This document shows positions 7,319-16,993 of a DNA stretch of 64,000 nucleotides, in pieces. The notes beneath the pieces are model-generated. The model made no database searches. It saw only the letters and a list, made by a program, of their open reading frames with translations, and was not told where the DNA came from. A program made the position numbers and the translations under genes. Position 1 is the first letter of the stretch. Every line of letters starts with the position of its first letter. The stretch comes from Desulfonatronovibrionaceae bacterium (GTDB lineage: Bacteria; Desulfobacterota; Desulfovibrionia; Desulfovibrionales; Desulfonatronovibrionaceae): assembly GCA_046539845.1 (NCBI GenBank), contig JBKHGE010000002.1, positions 62,001-126,000 on the forward strand, given 5' to 3'.

Positions 7319-9889
7319 ATGCGCCCGGTAAAAATTTACAGCGTGATTCCCCGCCTGCCCGAAGAACTGCGGCCGCTGTGGGATCTGGCCTATAATTTCT
7401 GGTTCACCTGGAGGCATGAAATCCAGGACCTGTTCAGCCAGATCGACCCTTATTTGTGGAGAAAAAGCCGCGCCAATCCGGTGTGGTTCCTTAATCATCT
7501 GGAGCAGGACGTGCTGGAGGACCTTAGTCGGGACTCACTGTTCCTGGAGCGGCTGGAAACCGTGCACGGGCAGCTGGAGGATTATAAATCCGAGTCCGCT
7601 TCCAGGCTGAAGACGGATATTGGTCAGGGAAGCCCGGTTGTGGCTTATTTTAGCGCGGAGTACGGGATTTGTCTGTGTCTGCCGGTCTATTCCGGCGGCC
7701 TGGGAGTTTTGGCCGGAGATCACCTCAAGTCCGCAAGCGATCTGAATATCCCCCTGGTAGGTATCGGCCTGTGCTACCAGCAAGGGTATTTTAGGCAGTA
7801 TTTGACCAGTGATGGCTGGCAGCAGGAGAGGTATCCGATAAACGATTTCGAGCAGATGCCCTTGACCCTGGTCAAGGACGGGGACGGCGATCCGGTGCGC
7901 ATAAGTGTGGATCTGGAGGGCCGGGAGATACAGGCCAGGCTGTGGCAGGCCAGGGTGGGACGGGTGGATCTGTATCTCTTGGACAGCAATGTGCTGGAGA
8001 ACGAACCCCGGGATCGGGAGCTTACCGGCCAATTGTACGGCGGGGATCTGGAGATGCGCCTCAAGCAGGAAATTTTACTGGGGATAGGCGGAGTTCGCGC
8101 CTTGCGCGCCCTGGATCTCAGCCCCAAGGTCATCCATATGAACGAGGGGCATTCCGCTTTTGCCGGTCTGGAGAGGATCCGCACCTTTATGAGCGAGCAC
8201 GGCCTGTCTTTTGAAGCCGCCCAGGAGATCGCCGCCTCCAGCAGCGTGTTCACCACCCATACCCCGGTTCCGGCCGGAAACGATCGTTTCCCCCCGGAGC
8301 TTATGCAGCGTTTTTTTGAAGGCTATGCCCAAAAGCTTGGTCTGGCCTTCAAGGTCCTCTTGGCCCTGGGTCGGGAGGACCCGCGCAACGAACAAGAGCA
8401 TTTCTGCATGACCGTGCTCGCCCTGCGTCTGTCCCGATTCAACAACGGGGTCAGCCAGCTGCACAGCAAGGTTTCCCAGAACATGTGGCAGCGGGTCTGG
8501 CCCAGATATCCCGTGGATGATGTGCCCATAGGCGCGGTGACCAACGGAGTGCATATCCCTACCTGGGTGGCCCCGGATATCTCCGATCTTCTGGACCGTT
8601 ACCTCGGAGGGAACTGGCGGGAGGATCCGGATTACCGCCGGGTGTGGAAGCAGGCGGAGACCATCCCGGACGCTGAATTGTGGAGGACGCACGAACGCCT
8701 GCGGGAGAGGCTTATAGAGTTCGTGCGTTCCCGGCTCAAGGATCAGTTGGTGGCCAGAAACGGTCGGCGCCATGACATGCAGATGGCCGAGGATGTCCTG
8801 GATCCCCGGGCCCTGACCATTGGCTTTGCCCGCAGATTCGCCACCTACAAGCGGGCCAATCTGCTCTTAAAGGATGAAAAGCGGCTTATGGACATCCTCC
8901 AGAACAAGGAGTGTCCGGTGCAGTTCATTTTTGCCGGCAAGGCCCATCCCAAGGATACGGAAGGGAAAAAGATCATCCAGCAGATCGTGCAGCTGTGCAA
9001 GTCAGAGGGATGTCGCAGCAGCTTGGTCTTTCTGGAGGATTATGATTTGGAGACGGCCCAATATATGCTCCAAGGCTGCGACGTCTGGCTGAACACCCCG
9101 AGGCGCCCCCTGGAGGCCTGCGGCACCAGCGGGATGAAGGCCGTGGCCAACGGGGTGCTCAATTTCAGCACCGTGGACGGCTGGTGGGCGGAGGTCAGTG
9201 AGTACGGGGAGGACTTCGGCTGGTCCATAGGCGGGGGCGAGGAATACGAGAACAAAGAGTATCAGGATTTTATCGAGAGCCAGATCCTGTATAATATCCT
9301 GGAAAACGATATTATACCCCTTTACTATGAACGGGGACACGGCAACCTGCCCCGGGCCTGGATAGCCAAGATGAAAAGCGGGCTTATGCATCTGGCCCCG
9401 GATTTCAACGCGCACAGGATGGTCGGAGATTATGTGCACCAAGCCTACAAGCCGGCGGTGGACAATTACGACAAGCTGGTCAAAGACGACTATCAGCCGG
9501 CAAAGGATCTGGCTGCCTGGCGTATGGATTTGATGACTAAATGGGGCGAGATCCGTATCCGCAATGTGGCTTCCGATCACGAGGCGGAGATATTCACCGA
9601 CCAGGAGGTCGAGGTCACGGCCGAGGTGTACCTGAACGGCTTGAACCCGGATGACGTCAGTGTAGAGATCTACGCCGGGGAAGTCAATTTCGAGGGCGCC
9701 TTTGCCAACCGCAAGACCGTGCGCATGAACGCGGTCGGGGCCACCCCGGACGGCTGGAAAGTATACAGTGGCAAGGTCGCCCCGGATTTCACCGGCCGCT
9801 TCGGATATACGGTCCGGGCCCTGCCTTATCATCCCCTGCTTCTGGATCCGCACTGCCTGGGACTGATCTGCTGGGCCTCGGAGCAATAG
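7319..9889 (+). CDS. glgP: Alpha-glucan (glycogen) phosphorylase
   Basis: YSGGLGVLAGDHLKSASD, HMNEGH, FARRFATYKRA, EACGTSGMK; GGAGG RBS before 7313/7319. Confidence 0.96.
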   Translation: MRPVKIYSVIPRLPEELRPLWDLAYNFWFTWRHEIQDLFSQIDPYLWRKSRANPVWFLNHLEQDVLEDLSRDSLFLERLETVHGQLEDYKSESASRLKTDIGQGSPVVAYFSAEYGICLCLPVYSGGLGVLAGDHLKSASDLNIPLVGIGLCYQQGYFRQYLTSDGWQQERYPINDFEQMPLTLVKDGDGDPVRISVDLEGREIQARLWQARVGRVDLYLLDSNVLENEPRDRELTGQLYGGDLEMRLKQEILLGIGGVRALRALDLSPKVIHMNEGHSAFAGLERIRTFMSEHGLSFEAAQEIAASSSVFTTHTPVPAGNDRFPPELMQRFFEGYAQKLGLAFKVLLALGREDPRNEQEHFCMTVLALRLSRFNNGVSQLHSKVSQNMWQRVWPRYPVDDVPIGAVTNGVHIPTWVAPDISDLLDRYLGGNWREDPDYRRVWKQAETIPDAELWRTHERLRERLIEFVRSRLKDQLVARNGRRHDMQMAEDVLDPRALTIGFARRFATYKRANLLLKDEKRLMDILQNKECPVQFIFAGKAHPKDTEGKKIIQQIVQLCKSEGCRSSLVFLEDYDLETAQYMLQGCDVWLNTPRRPLEACGTSGMKAVANGVLNFSTVDGWWAEVSEYGEDFGWSIGGGEEYENKEYQDFIESQILYNILENDIIPLYYERGHGNLPRAWIAKMKSGLMHLAPDFNAHRMVGDYVHQAYKPAVDNYDKLVKDDYQPAKDLAAWRMDLMTKWGEIRIRNVASDHEAEIFTDQEVEVTAEVYLNGLNPDDVSVEIYAGEVNFEGAFANRKTVRMNAVGATPDGWKVYSGKVAPDFTGRFGYTVRALPYHPLLLDPHCLGLICWASEQ

Positions 9890-9893
9890 GAGT

Positions 9894-10634
9894 ATGCTCC
9901 TTCGTGCGGATACTCTGGTCCACACCCAAGGACTCAGTGAATCGCGGGAAAGGGCCAAAAGATTGATCATGGCCGGGCAGGTCTACGTCCGCCGAAAAGG
10001 AGAACACGTTGCGGTCCTAAAACCGGGGCAGATGCTCTCCCCGGATACAGAGCTGTTTGTCCGCCAGGCGGAGCGCTATGTGAGCCGCGGCGCATACAAG
10101 CTGGAGACAGCGATCTCCGTATTTAGACTTGATTTGGGGGATAAAGTGGTATTAGACGTGGGCGCGTCCACCGGCGGGTTCACCGACTGTGCCCTGCAGC
10201 ACGGGGCCAGACGGGTCTACGCCCTGGACGTGGGGTACGGGCAGCTGGACAGCAGGCTACGCGGTGATGAGCGGGTGGTGAATCTGGAACGGACCAACAT
10301 CAGGCATGCCCAGGCGGATATCATTCCCGAGAAATGTGATTTTCTGGTTATGGATTGTTCGTTTATTTCCTTGCGCACCGCCTTGCCCCCGAGTCTCAAG
10401 TTCCTGCGTCGGCCGGCTGAGATGGTTGTACTGGTCAAGCCCCAGTTCGAGGTCGCCCGGGGAGACGCGCCCAAGGGCGTGGTCCGCAGTCCGGAGAAGA
10501 GAAAACTGGCAGTGGACGGGATAGTGGATTTCGCAGCCCGGGAGCTGAAACTCAAATTCCTGGGGGTGGAGCCCTCCGGAATCCTGGGGCCCAAGGGCAA
10601 CCAGGAATACCTTTTGTATCTTGCCTATGCATGA
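9894..10634 (+). CDS. tlyA: TlyA family rRNA 2'-O-methyltransferase
   Basis: S4 domain, YVSRGAYKL, DVGASTGGFTD, LVKPQFE, GPKGNQE. Confidence 0.93.
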   Translation: MLLRADTLVHTQGLSESRERAKRLIMAGQVYVRRKGEHVAVLKPGQMLSPDTELFVRQAERYVSRGAYKLETAISVFRLDLGDKVVLDVGASTGGFTDCALQHGARRVYALDVGYGQLDSRLRGDERVVNLERTNIRHAQADIIPEKCDFLVMDCSFISLRTALPPSLKFLRRPAEMVVLVKPQFEVARGDAPKGVVRSPEKRKLAVDGIVDFAARELKLKFLGVEPSGILGPKGNQEYLLYLAYA

Positions 10635-11232
10635 AACCGCCAGAGATACGTTTATAACGGACAAGAGAAGACAGCGCATCCAGAGTGTGCTCGGCCGCAG
10701 GCAGCGGGATTTTACCCTGGTCATGAACAATATCCATGACCCGCACAATGTTTCGGCCATTCTGCGTAGCTGCGACGCCTTCGGGATCCACAGGGTGCAT
10801 TTTGTGTATACTTCCGAGCCCTTTCCCTCCCTGGGCAAGAAATCCTCGGCCTCGGCCAGGAAATGGGTGGATATCACCCGCCACACCAGCGCCGCGGATC
10901 TGGCCGGTCGGCTTTCCTTGGAAGGGATGCGTGTTCTGTATACCGGGTTCGGGAGCCGGGCGTCGAGTCTCCCGGAGGTGGATTTTCTCCCTCCGACCGC
11001 CGTGGTCCTGGGCAATGAGCACCGCGGTGTGGACGAGGAGTTGAAAAGGCTGAGCCACGGGGAGCTGTATATCCCTATGCAGGGTATGGTCCAGAGCCTT
11101 AATGTGTCGGTGGCAGCGGCCCTTATCCTTTATGAGGCCTGGCGGCAGCGCCGGGAGGCAGGAGTGCTGGAGGAAAAAAAACTTCTGCCCGAAGAGTTTG
11201 CAGACTGTTACCGGCAGTGGGTGGAGAAGTGA
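10627..11232 (+). CDS. trmH: tRNA (guanosine-18 2'-O)-methyltransferase, SpoU family
   Basis: IHDPHNVSAILRSCDAFG, LGNEHRGV, IPMQGMVQSLNVSVA. Confidence 0.9.
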   Translation: MHETARDTFITDKRRQRIQSVLGRRQRDFTLVMNNIHDPHNVSAILRSCDAFGIHRVHFVYTSEPFPSLGKKSSASARKWVDITRHTSAADLAGRLSLEGMRVLYTGFGSRASSLPEVDFLPPTAVVLGNEHRGVDEELKRLSHGELYIPMQGMVQSLNVSVAAALILYEAWRQRREAGVLEEKKLLPEEFADCYRQWVEK

Positions 11233-11804
11233 GCCCCGAAGGGAAAAGCGCGGACAATATCTATCTGATCGGTCCCAGGGCCAGCGGCAAGACCAGTCTC
11301 GGCCGGGCCCTGGCCGGGTCTCTTAACCGTGAGTTTGCGGACCTGGACCGGGAGATTGTGGCCGCACAGGGCCGAAGCATATCCCGGATAGTGGAAAACT
11401 TGGGCTGGGAGGGATTCCGGCGCCTGGAGACCGAGGCCCTGGAGGAGAAAGCGGCGCGCTCCGGCCTGGTGGTGGCCACCGGCGGCGGGATCGTGGAACA
11501 GGATCACAACCGGGAGATATTGCGCCGTAGCAAGGCGGTTTTTTTTCTGTCTGCAAGCCCCGGGGTCTTTGCCGATAGGCTGCGACGGGATCGCGACCCC
11601 GGGATGCGTCCCTCCCTTTCCGGGAAGGGCGCTCTGGAGGAGTTCGAAGAGATTTTTTACCGCAGGCTGCCTCTGTACGAGGCCTGCGCCGACTATGTCC
11701 TGGACGGGGGAAAAGACATCCCCGGGCTGGTCCGGGAAGTACGGGCACTGATCGCGGCCCGGGAAAATGAGCAAACGGATCCTGGATCCGGGGGTGAGAT
11801 ATGA
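11229..11804 (+). CDS. aroK: Shikimate kinase (AroK/AroL family)
   Basis: GPRASGKTS P-loop, GWEGFRRLE, VATGGG, RP; GTG start overlaps the trmH stop. Confidence 0.9.
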   Translation: MSPEGKSADNIYLIGPRASGKTSLGRALAGSLNREFADLDREIVAAQGRSISRIVENLGWEGFRRLETEALEEKAARSGLVVATGGGIVEQDHNREILRRSKAVFFLSASPGVFADRLRRDRDPGMRPSLSGKGALEEFEEIFYRRLPLYEACADYVLDGGKDIPGLVREVRALIAARENEQTDPGSGGEI

Positions 11805-12859
11805 GCAGTGACAGTTTGGGCCGGATCTTTTGTCTGACTACATTTGGTGAATCGCACGGCCCCGGTCTGGGCGGGGTAGTGGAAGGCTGTCCGGCCGGGG
11901 TCCCTTTGAGCGGGGAGGATATCCAAAAAGAACTGGACGCCAGACGGCCGGGCCGGGGCGGTGCGAGCACAACGCGCTCGGAAAAGGATCGGATACATAT
12001 CCTCTCCGGGGTGTTCCAGGGCCGGACCACGGGTACGGCCATAGGCTTTTATGTTTTAAACGAAGGCCATAAAAGCAAGGACTATTCTGAGCTCAAGGAT
12101 GTCTATCGCCCCGGACACGGGGATATCACCTATGAGGCCAAATACGGGATACGCGACTACCGCGGCGGAGGGCGGTCCTCGGGACGGGAGACCGTGTCCC
12201 GGGTGGCTGGCGGGGCTATTGCCGCGGCCTTTCTTAAGACCAAAGGCATTGAGGTACAGGCCTGCACTGTGGAGCTGGGAGGAATTCCGGCCCAGGAGAT
12301 CGATCCCTCCGGCGCGTCCGCCCGTCCGTTTTTTGCTGCCTGTGGTTTTGCGGCACAAAAATGGGAGGAATTGGTGCAAGAAGTCAGGCGCGGCGGGGAT
12401 TCCCTGGGTGGGGTGGTTTTGATCCGCGCCTCCGGGGTCCCGCCCGGTCTGGGTGAACCGGTCCTGGACAAACTGGACGCCAGGCTGGCCTATGCCCTGA
12501 TGGGAGTGGGCGCGGTAAAGGGGGTGGAGATTGGATCCGGGTTTCGGGCCGCAGCCTCCCTGGGCAGCGAGAACAACGACCCCCTGACCCCGGAGGGTTT
12601 TTTGACCAACAACTCCGGGGGAGTCCTGGCCGGGATATCCAGCGGCCAGGAGATAGTGCTCCGGGCCGCGGTAAAGCCCATCCCGTCCATCTCCAGGGAA
12701 CAAAAAACCGTGGATTCGGCTGGTGAGCCCCGGACCTTAAGCATCCACGGTAGGCACGATATCTGTGCCATCCCGCGTATTGTTCCGGTTCTCAGGTCTA
12801 TGGTCCTTTTGACCCTGGCGGACATGTATCTTTTACAGGCCTGCAGGGAAAGGGTATGA
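11801..12859 (+). CDS. aroC: Chorismate synthase
   Basis: TTFGESHG, RPGHGD, GGGRSSGRET, KPIPSI, GRHDIC. Confidence 0.97.
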   Translation: MSSDSLGRIFCLTTFGESHGPGLGGVVEGCPAGVPLSGEDIQKELDARRPGRGGASTTRSEKDRIHILSGVFQGRTTGTAIGFYVLNEGHKSKDYSELKDVYRPGHGDITYEAKYGIRDYRGGGRSSGRETVSRVAGGAIAAAFLKTKGIEVQACTVELGGIPAQEIDPSGASARPFFAACGFAAQKWEELVQEVRRGGDSLGGVVLIRASGVPPGLGEPVLDKLDARLAYALMGVGAVKGVEIGSGFRAAASLGSENNDPLTPEGFLTNNSGGVLAGISSGQEIVLRAAVKPIPSISREQKTVDSAGEPRTLSIHGRHDICAIPRIVPVLRSMVLLTLADMYLLQACRERV

Positions 12860-13011
12860 GCCGGTCGGAGTAAAGCCGTTTACAGGCGGCTGTTTGTCCG
12901 TAGGCAAGGGCTTTAAATTTTTTGCTTTTTCTACGGTAAGGACGCTCCGATTTGGTTGACGAGGAGCCGTTTTTTGCCGCTTAGCTGCCGTCAAAAGGCT
13001 TCAGCCGGCCG

Positions 13012-13425
13012 TTAGTGCCGGGACAGGCCGTATTTGCGCAGTTTGTACTGCAGGGTGCGCCGGCTTATGCCCAAGCCGGTTCTCCGCTCCTTTCCGGTAA
13101 AGAAGGGCCCAGAGCCTTTTTTCGAATATTTTCGTCCATCCCGCAGCCATTATCCAGGACGTGCAAGAAGATTCCGGATACAGATGCCTCTTTAGAGATG
13201 ACTATCTCTCCCCCTGTTTCATCGCTTCCAGGCTGGCCAGCTCGGAGCGGTCACAAACGATAAGCAGGGTGGCCCCGTCTTCATCGCCTCCCCCTACTGC
13301 CAGGACTTCCAGGGTTTGCCGCAGGTCCTGCCAAGTAAGCGAACTTGTGGCCAGCCCGAGGATGATCAGTGCGGCCACAGCGATCAGGATATACCGTTTA
13401 CGTCCGGAGAAGGTAATTAAATTGT
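13012..13425 (-). pseudogene. Collapsed sensor kinase / sigma-54 response regulator (ZraS/ZraR-like) remnant
   Basis: Minus strand gives, in order: a TM segment, a PAS-like fragment, HATPase_c pieces (LEAMKQG/GEIVIS...LDNGCGMDENIRKKAL/PFFTGKERRTGLG, two 1-nt frameshifts), then in frame a Fis-type HTH end ISRRTLQYKLRKYGLSRH*. Confidence 0.8.
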
Positions 13426-13483
13426 ACCACCCGCTTAAAATCGAATCTTCGATGTAGCGTATGGATTTTCTATGTTTTATACT

Positions 13484-13544
13484 CCTGATCCCTTTTGATG
13501 CCAAACTCCGGGGCCTCTTGTTAAAAGCAGCAAAAGGGATCAGG
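13484..13544. repeat. 14-bp perfect inverted repeat
   Basis: CCTGATCCCTTTTG (13484-13497) and CAAAAGGGATCAGG (13531-13544). Confidence 0.75.
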
Positions 13545-13605
13545 GAAATAAACTCCACATTGAAAGTCGAAAAATTTTAAAATTGAGGTCTTATTCCCTG
13601 TATAA

Positions 13606-13621
13606 AGCAGAAAGCGGGCCA
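13606..13621 (-). promoter_or_regulatory. Sigma-54 promoter with no intact gene downstream
   Basis: Minus strand TGGCCCGCTTTCTGCT (GG-N10-GC). Confidence 0.55.
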
Positions 13622-13673
13622 TGTCTTGCAGACGCATGCAGCGGAGGATTTGCCGGACAGGGGCTGACGGTTT

Positions 13674-13689
13674 GTGCAAAAAAGTGCAC
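13674..13689. promoter_or_regulatory. Palindromic putative activator site
   Basis: GTGCA-AAAAAG-TGCAC, about 85 bp upstream of the predicted start site of the 13606-13621 promoter. Confidence 0.45.
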
Positions 13690-13744
13690 GGATCAATCAG
13701 TGCAGCAGGTCCGGGACATGGGTGGCCAAGGGCTGGAGTTGGGG

Positions 13745-14227
13745 TCAATCCGACTGGGTCAGGCTGAATTCCACGGCCAAAGAGCCCTCTGCGGAAGTAA
13801 ACGGTATGCCCAGTACCGGAGCGGAGGGGATATGGTCCAAAGGGAATCCTTTGCCCACTACCACCTCCGGAGTGGAGGCCTGAAAGCTGAAGCCCTGTTC
13901 CGAGAGCCCGCTTCTGGCCTGGCCGGCGATCATATTGGTCAGTTCGCCGACCGCATCTTCAATCTCTTCGTTAAACTCGGTAAAATTCTCAAAGAGCATG
14001 TTGTTTACTATCTTCAAAACCGCCCCTTTGCTCAGGCTGACCCCGATCACTCCGTGCGCGTAGCCGCTGATCTCTATGAGCCCGGTTATGTCCTCCCTGG
14101 CGGTCCGGGTGTCGTTGCGGTACGGCTTGCCCGGCGTGACTTCGAACCCGGCCATGGTCCCCAGGACATTGACCACCGCGTCCAAAAGGGGGTTTAAAAA
14201 ATTTACGTTGTAGACCTTGGAAAGCAT
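13745..14227 (-). CDS. cheX: Chemotaxis phosphatase CheX
   Basis: NFLNPLL, DITGLIEISG, DAVGELTNMIAGQAR, STPEVVVG. Confidence 0.92.
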   Translation of the reverse strand: MLSKVYNVNFLNPLLDAVVNVLGTMAGFEVTPGKPYRNDTRTAREDITGLIEISGYAHGVIGVSLSKGAVLKIVNNMLFENFTEFNEEIEDAVGELTNMIAGQARSGLSEQGFSFQASTPEVVVGKGFPLDHIPSAPVLGIPFTSAEGSLAVEFSLTQSD

Positions 14228-14262
14228 TTCCGCTCAGTGTTTTGGGGTTTGATAAGCTTTTG

Positions 14263-15480
14263 CTACATGAATGCAATGAGCACGGATTCTATATTTTGAT
14301 CGTGGATGCGGACCAGCTCGGCCAGCCTGTCCAGAGGTAGGTTGATATTTTCCCAGTTTTTCTCCTCCATCCCGGGCAAGACAAATTTGCCGCCCTCGGC
14401 TACGGCCGAAGCGTTGGCCAGATTGTCCGCCAGCTGAATCACCGCCGCATCCCTGGGAACGGCCGCCTTGTCCGGGCGGTGGTGGTGGCCCACGCTGTCA
14501 GTGAGCTGCTCCGGCATCTGCCAGGCCGCGAACAGGTCCCGGCCCACCTCGGTGTGATCAAAGCCGAGTATGGTCTCCTCCGCCTCCACCAGGGGGATCA
14601 TGTTTGTCCGGGCCTCGAGGAGGGCTTGGGTGGCTGCGTAGGGCATATTCTTGAATATAATTAGCCGTCCGGCGTCGTGCAAAAGGCCGGCGGAAAAGAA
14701 TTTCTCCGGAGGCAGCCCGGTCTCCGAGGCTATGAGTTTGGAATAGATGGCGCAGCTTAAGGAATGTTTCCAAAAGGAGCGCATATCGATAAGCTCCGGG
14801 GGGATGTCCCGGAAGAAATTTATGGCCGAGATGCTCAAAGCCAGGGTGGTCAGTTCCCTGACCCCGATAAGGGAGATGGCCCGGGTTATGGAGTCGATTT
14901 TGACTGAGAATCCGTAGAACGGACTGTTTACCAGCTGCAAGAGCTTGGCCGATAGTCCGATATCGTTGGAGACCACTTCTGCGATGTCTTCTGCCGAGCT
15001 CGAAGCATCCTCAAGTATATCCTTGATCCGGAAATATATATCTGGAAAGGAGACCAGGCTCGTTTCATGGTCCACTATATCCCGGGGCCGCCCCTGGCCC
15101 CGGAAGAAGAGATCGCGCATGTGCTCTACGCTTTTGGCCCGGAGTTCCTTTGAGCAGGGCAGGTCCCAGTCCAAAGAGGCCGAGCAAAAGGTTTTTTCCA
15201 GGGTTAAACGATATATCTCGTTGAAAAGCCGGCTTTCCGGGTTTACGTAGACAAAGAACTCAAACACGTAATCCTCGCAGCGGCGGAGGAGATCTTTTCT
15301 GTCCTTTTCCTCTCCCCTGGATTTTATATGTACATGCCCGATATCCATTTCCCGAAGGGTGGAGATGTCGTTTGCGTTCAGGCCGCGGTCGGCGGGCAAA
15401 AACACGCTCCCGTCATAACCGGGTATATCCCTGGCCAGGACCATGCCGGGGCGCAGATGTTCCGTACACACCTTATGCAC
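14263..15480 (-). CDS. HDOD domain protein
   Basis: LRPGMVLA N-terminus; SAKLLQLVNSPFYG, FWKHSL, AGLLHDAGRL, LGFDHTEVG. Confidence 0.9.
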   Translation of the reverse strand: MHKVCTEHLRPGMVLARDIPGYDGSVFLPADRGLNANDISTLREMDIGHVHIKSRGEEKDRKDLLRRCEDYVFEFFVYVNPESRLFNEIYRLTLEKTFCSASLDWDLPCSKELRAKSVEHMRDLFFRGQGRPRDIVDHETSLVSFPDIYFRIKDILEDASSSAEDIAEVVSNDIGLSAKLLQLVNSPFYGFSVKIDSITRAISLIGVRELTTLALSISAINFFRDIPPELIDMRSFWKHSLSCAIYSKLIASETGLPPEKFFSAGLLHDAGRLIIFKNMPYAATQALLEARTNMIPLVEAEETILGFDHTEVGRDLFAAWQMPEQLTDSVGHHHRPDKAAVPRDAAVIQLADNLANASAVAEGGKFVLPGMEEKNWENINLPLDRLAELVRIHDQNIESVLIAFM

Positions 15481-15515
15481 GATTGCCCTCCGTTGTTTTC
15501 TTTACCTGCATTCTG

Positions 15516-16394
15516 CTACCTTGCCTTTTGATACATGATGCCCCCGGGCCTTGAGACCGGCCGGAACAGGCGGGAGAATTTGTGCAGGCTTTCCGAGTGC
15601 CCGATCACCAGATAGCCCTCGGGCTGCAGGTTGTCGTAGAACTGGTTTATAACCTGCTGCTTCATGGCATCGTCAAAATAGATAATCACGTTGCGGCAAA
15701 AGATTATGTGCGATCCGAGTATTTTTTTCATCTCCGGGGTGTTTTTCAGGTTCAGCACTCTAAAGTCCACCACGGCCTGGATTCCGGGGTCTATCTTGTA
15801 GCCTTCGGGCACTTTCTGGAAGTATTTGTCCAGCATTTGCCGCGGGGTGTTGCGCAGGGAATAGTCGTTGAATATGCCTTTTTTGGCTTTGGCAATCATG
15901 GCCGGGGAAATGTCGTTGGCGGTAATGCGGATATCCCAGGCCGCGGTATTCATTCCTAGTGACTCATGGATAAGGATGGACAGGGTGTAGGCCTCCTCCC
16001 CGGAGGAACAGCCGGCACACCAGATATAAAGGTCCTTTTTGCCCGCCTTTTTCTGCTCGTTTAAGATGTTGGCCAGAGCAAAGGTCCGGAATACTCCGAG
16101 CTGTTTGATATCCCGGAAAAAGCTCGTCTCGTTGGTGGTGATCTTCTCGAATAGATGGTTGAGCTCGTCTCTCTTGTCCGCCGCCCTTTTTAGGTAATTG
16201 AAGTATTCGCTGAAGCTGCGCAGATTGAGGGCCCGGAGTCTGGAACCCAGGCGGTTTTCCAGTAGGTATTTTCTCCTCTCCGGGATGTCTATGCCGCTTA
16301 GCTCGTATATGAGCCTCCGCAGGTTGCTGAATTCCTGGCCGGTCAGAGGCGGGACCTTGCGCAGGCTGAGGGACTGGGAGGAGAGAGGTGACAT
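15516..16394 (-). CDS. cheR: Chemotaxis methyltransferase CheR
   Basis: ITTNETSFFRD, IWCAGCSSGEEAY, IFCRNVIIYFD, GHSESL. Confidence 0.95.
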   Translation of the reverse strand: MSPLSSQSLSLRKVPPLTGQEFSNLRRLIYELSGIDIPERRKYLLENRLGSRLRALNLRSFSEYFNYLKRAADKRDELNHLFEKITTNETSFFRDIKQLGVFRTFALANILNEQKKAGKKDLYIWCAGCSSGEEAYTLSILIHESLGMNTAAWDIRITANDISPAMIAKAKKGIFNDYSLRNTPRQMLDKYFQKVPEGYKIDPGIQAVVDFRVLNLKNTPEMKKILGSHIIFCRNVIIYFDDAMKQQVINQFYDNLQPEGYLVIGHSESLHKFSRLFRPVSRPGGIMYQKAR

Positions 16395-16993
16395 AGGTTA
16401 AGGTCTTGGGGGTTTTATGTTCAGTCCGCGGGACAGACCCGGTTTAAACGGGCACTTTCCGGATTCTTGCGACCCGGGCTCCGGGCCGGATGAATTGCGG
16501 AGGCAAAATACCTGATATGAAATTTGTGTCCAAATTTGTCCGGCCGGTCAAGGGGCAAATTCCCTGACTTCTGATAAAAAGAAATGCATTTTTAGTATTT
16601 GTTCGCCGGGTCCTTTTAAACGCTTTTAACAGGGGGGGATGAGCGATTTTTAGTTGCTCCGCAAAAAGGGGAAAACCCAGACTCAAATCATTGCTTTGAG
16701 GGCTGGAATCTCCCTTGGGCGGGACTTATAAAACTCCGCACCGGGAGTTTGGTCCCCAAAAGGATGTGGCCGGAAAATCCACCTCAAACCTCGAAAAAGG
16801 CATTTTTTTATCCCGTAATGCGCCTTGCAGGCAGCGCCCGGACAGAAGCTGCCAGGGTTTTTTGGACATACACCGCTTTGGGAGACAATTCTACTTGTCC
16901 TGGCCGGGTATTTTCCCTAGTTTCTGCGCACCGAAAACAGGTGTTTTTCCCGGAATATCCGGCCAACATTTTAAACTACCGGTGCTTTGGCTT

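Noticed and set aside
13202..13558. 118-aa ORF from the track as an intact gene
   Set aside because: Its first ~45 codons run through the inverted repeat and look non-coding; the remainder is the frameshifted kinase remnant. It is treated as part of the pseudogene.
16715..16993. N-terminal extensions given by the ORF track (DMT, glgP, dapB, ntrX, uvrA, dut, flhG, the 42256 and 3413 ORFs)
   Set aside because: Upstream alternative starts lack an RBS and family-like sequence; downstream ATGs, most with SD motifs, match the family N-termini.
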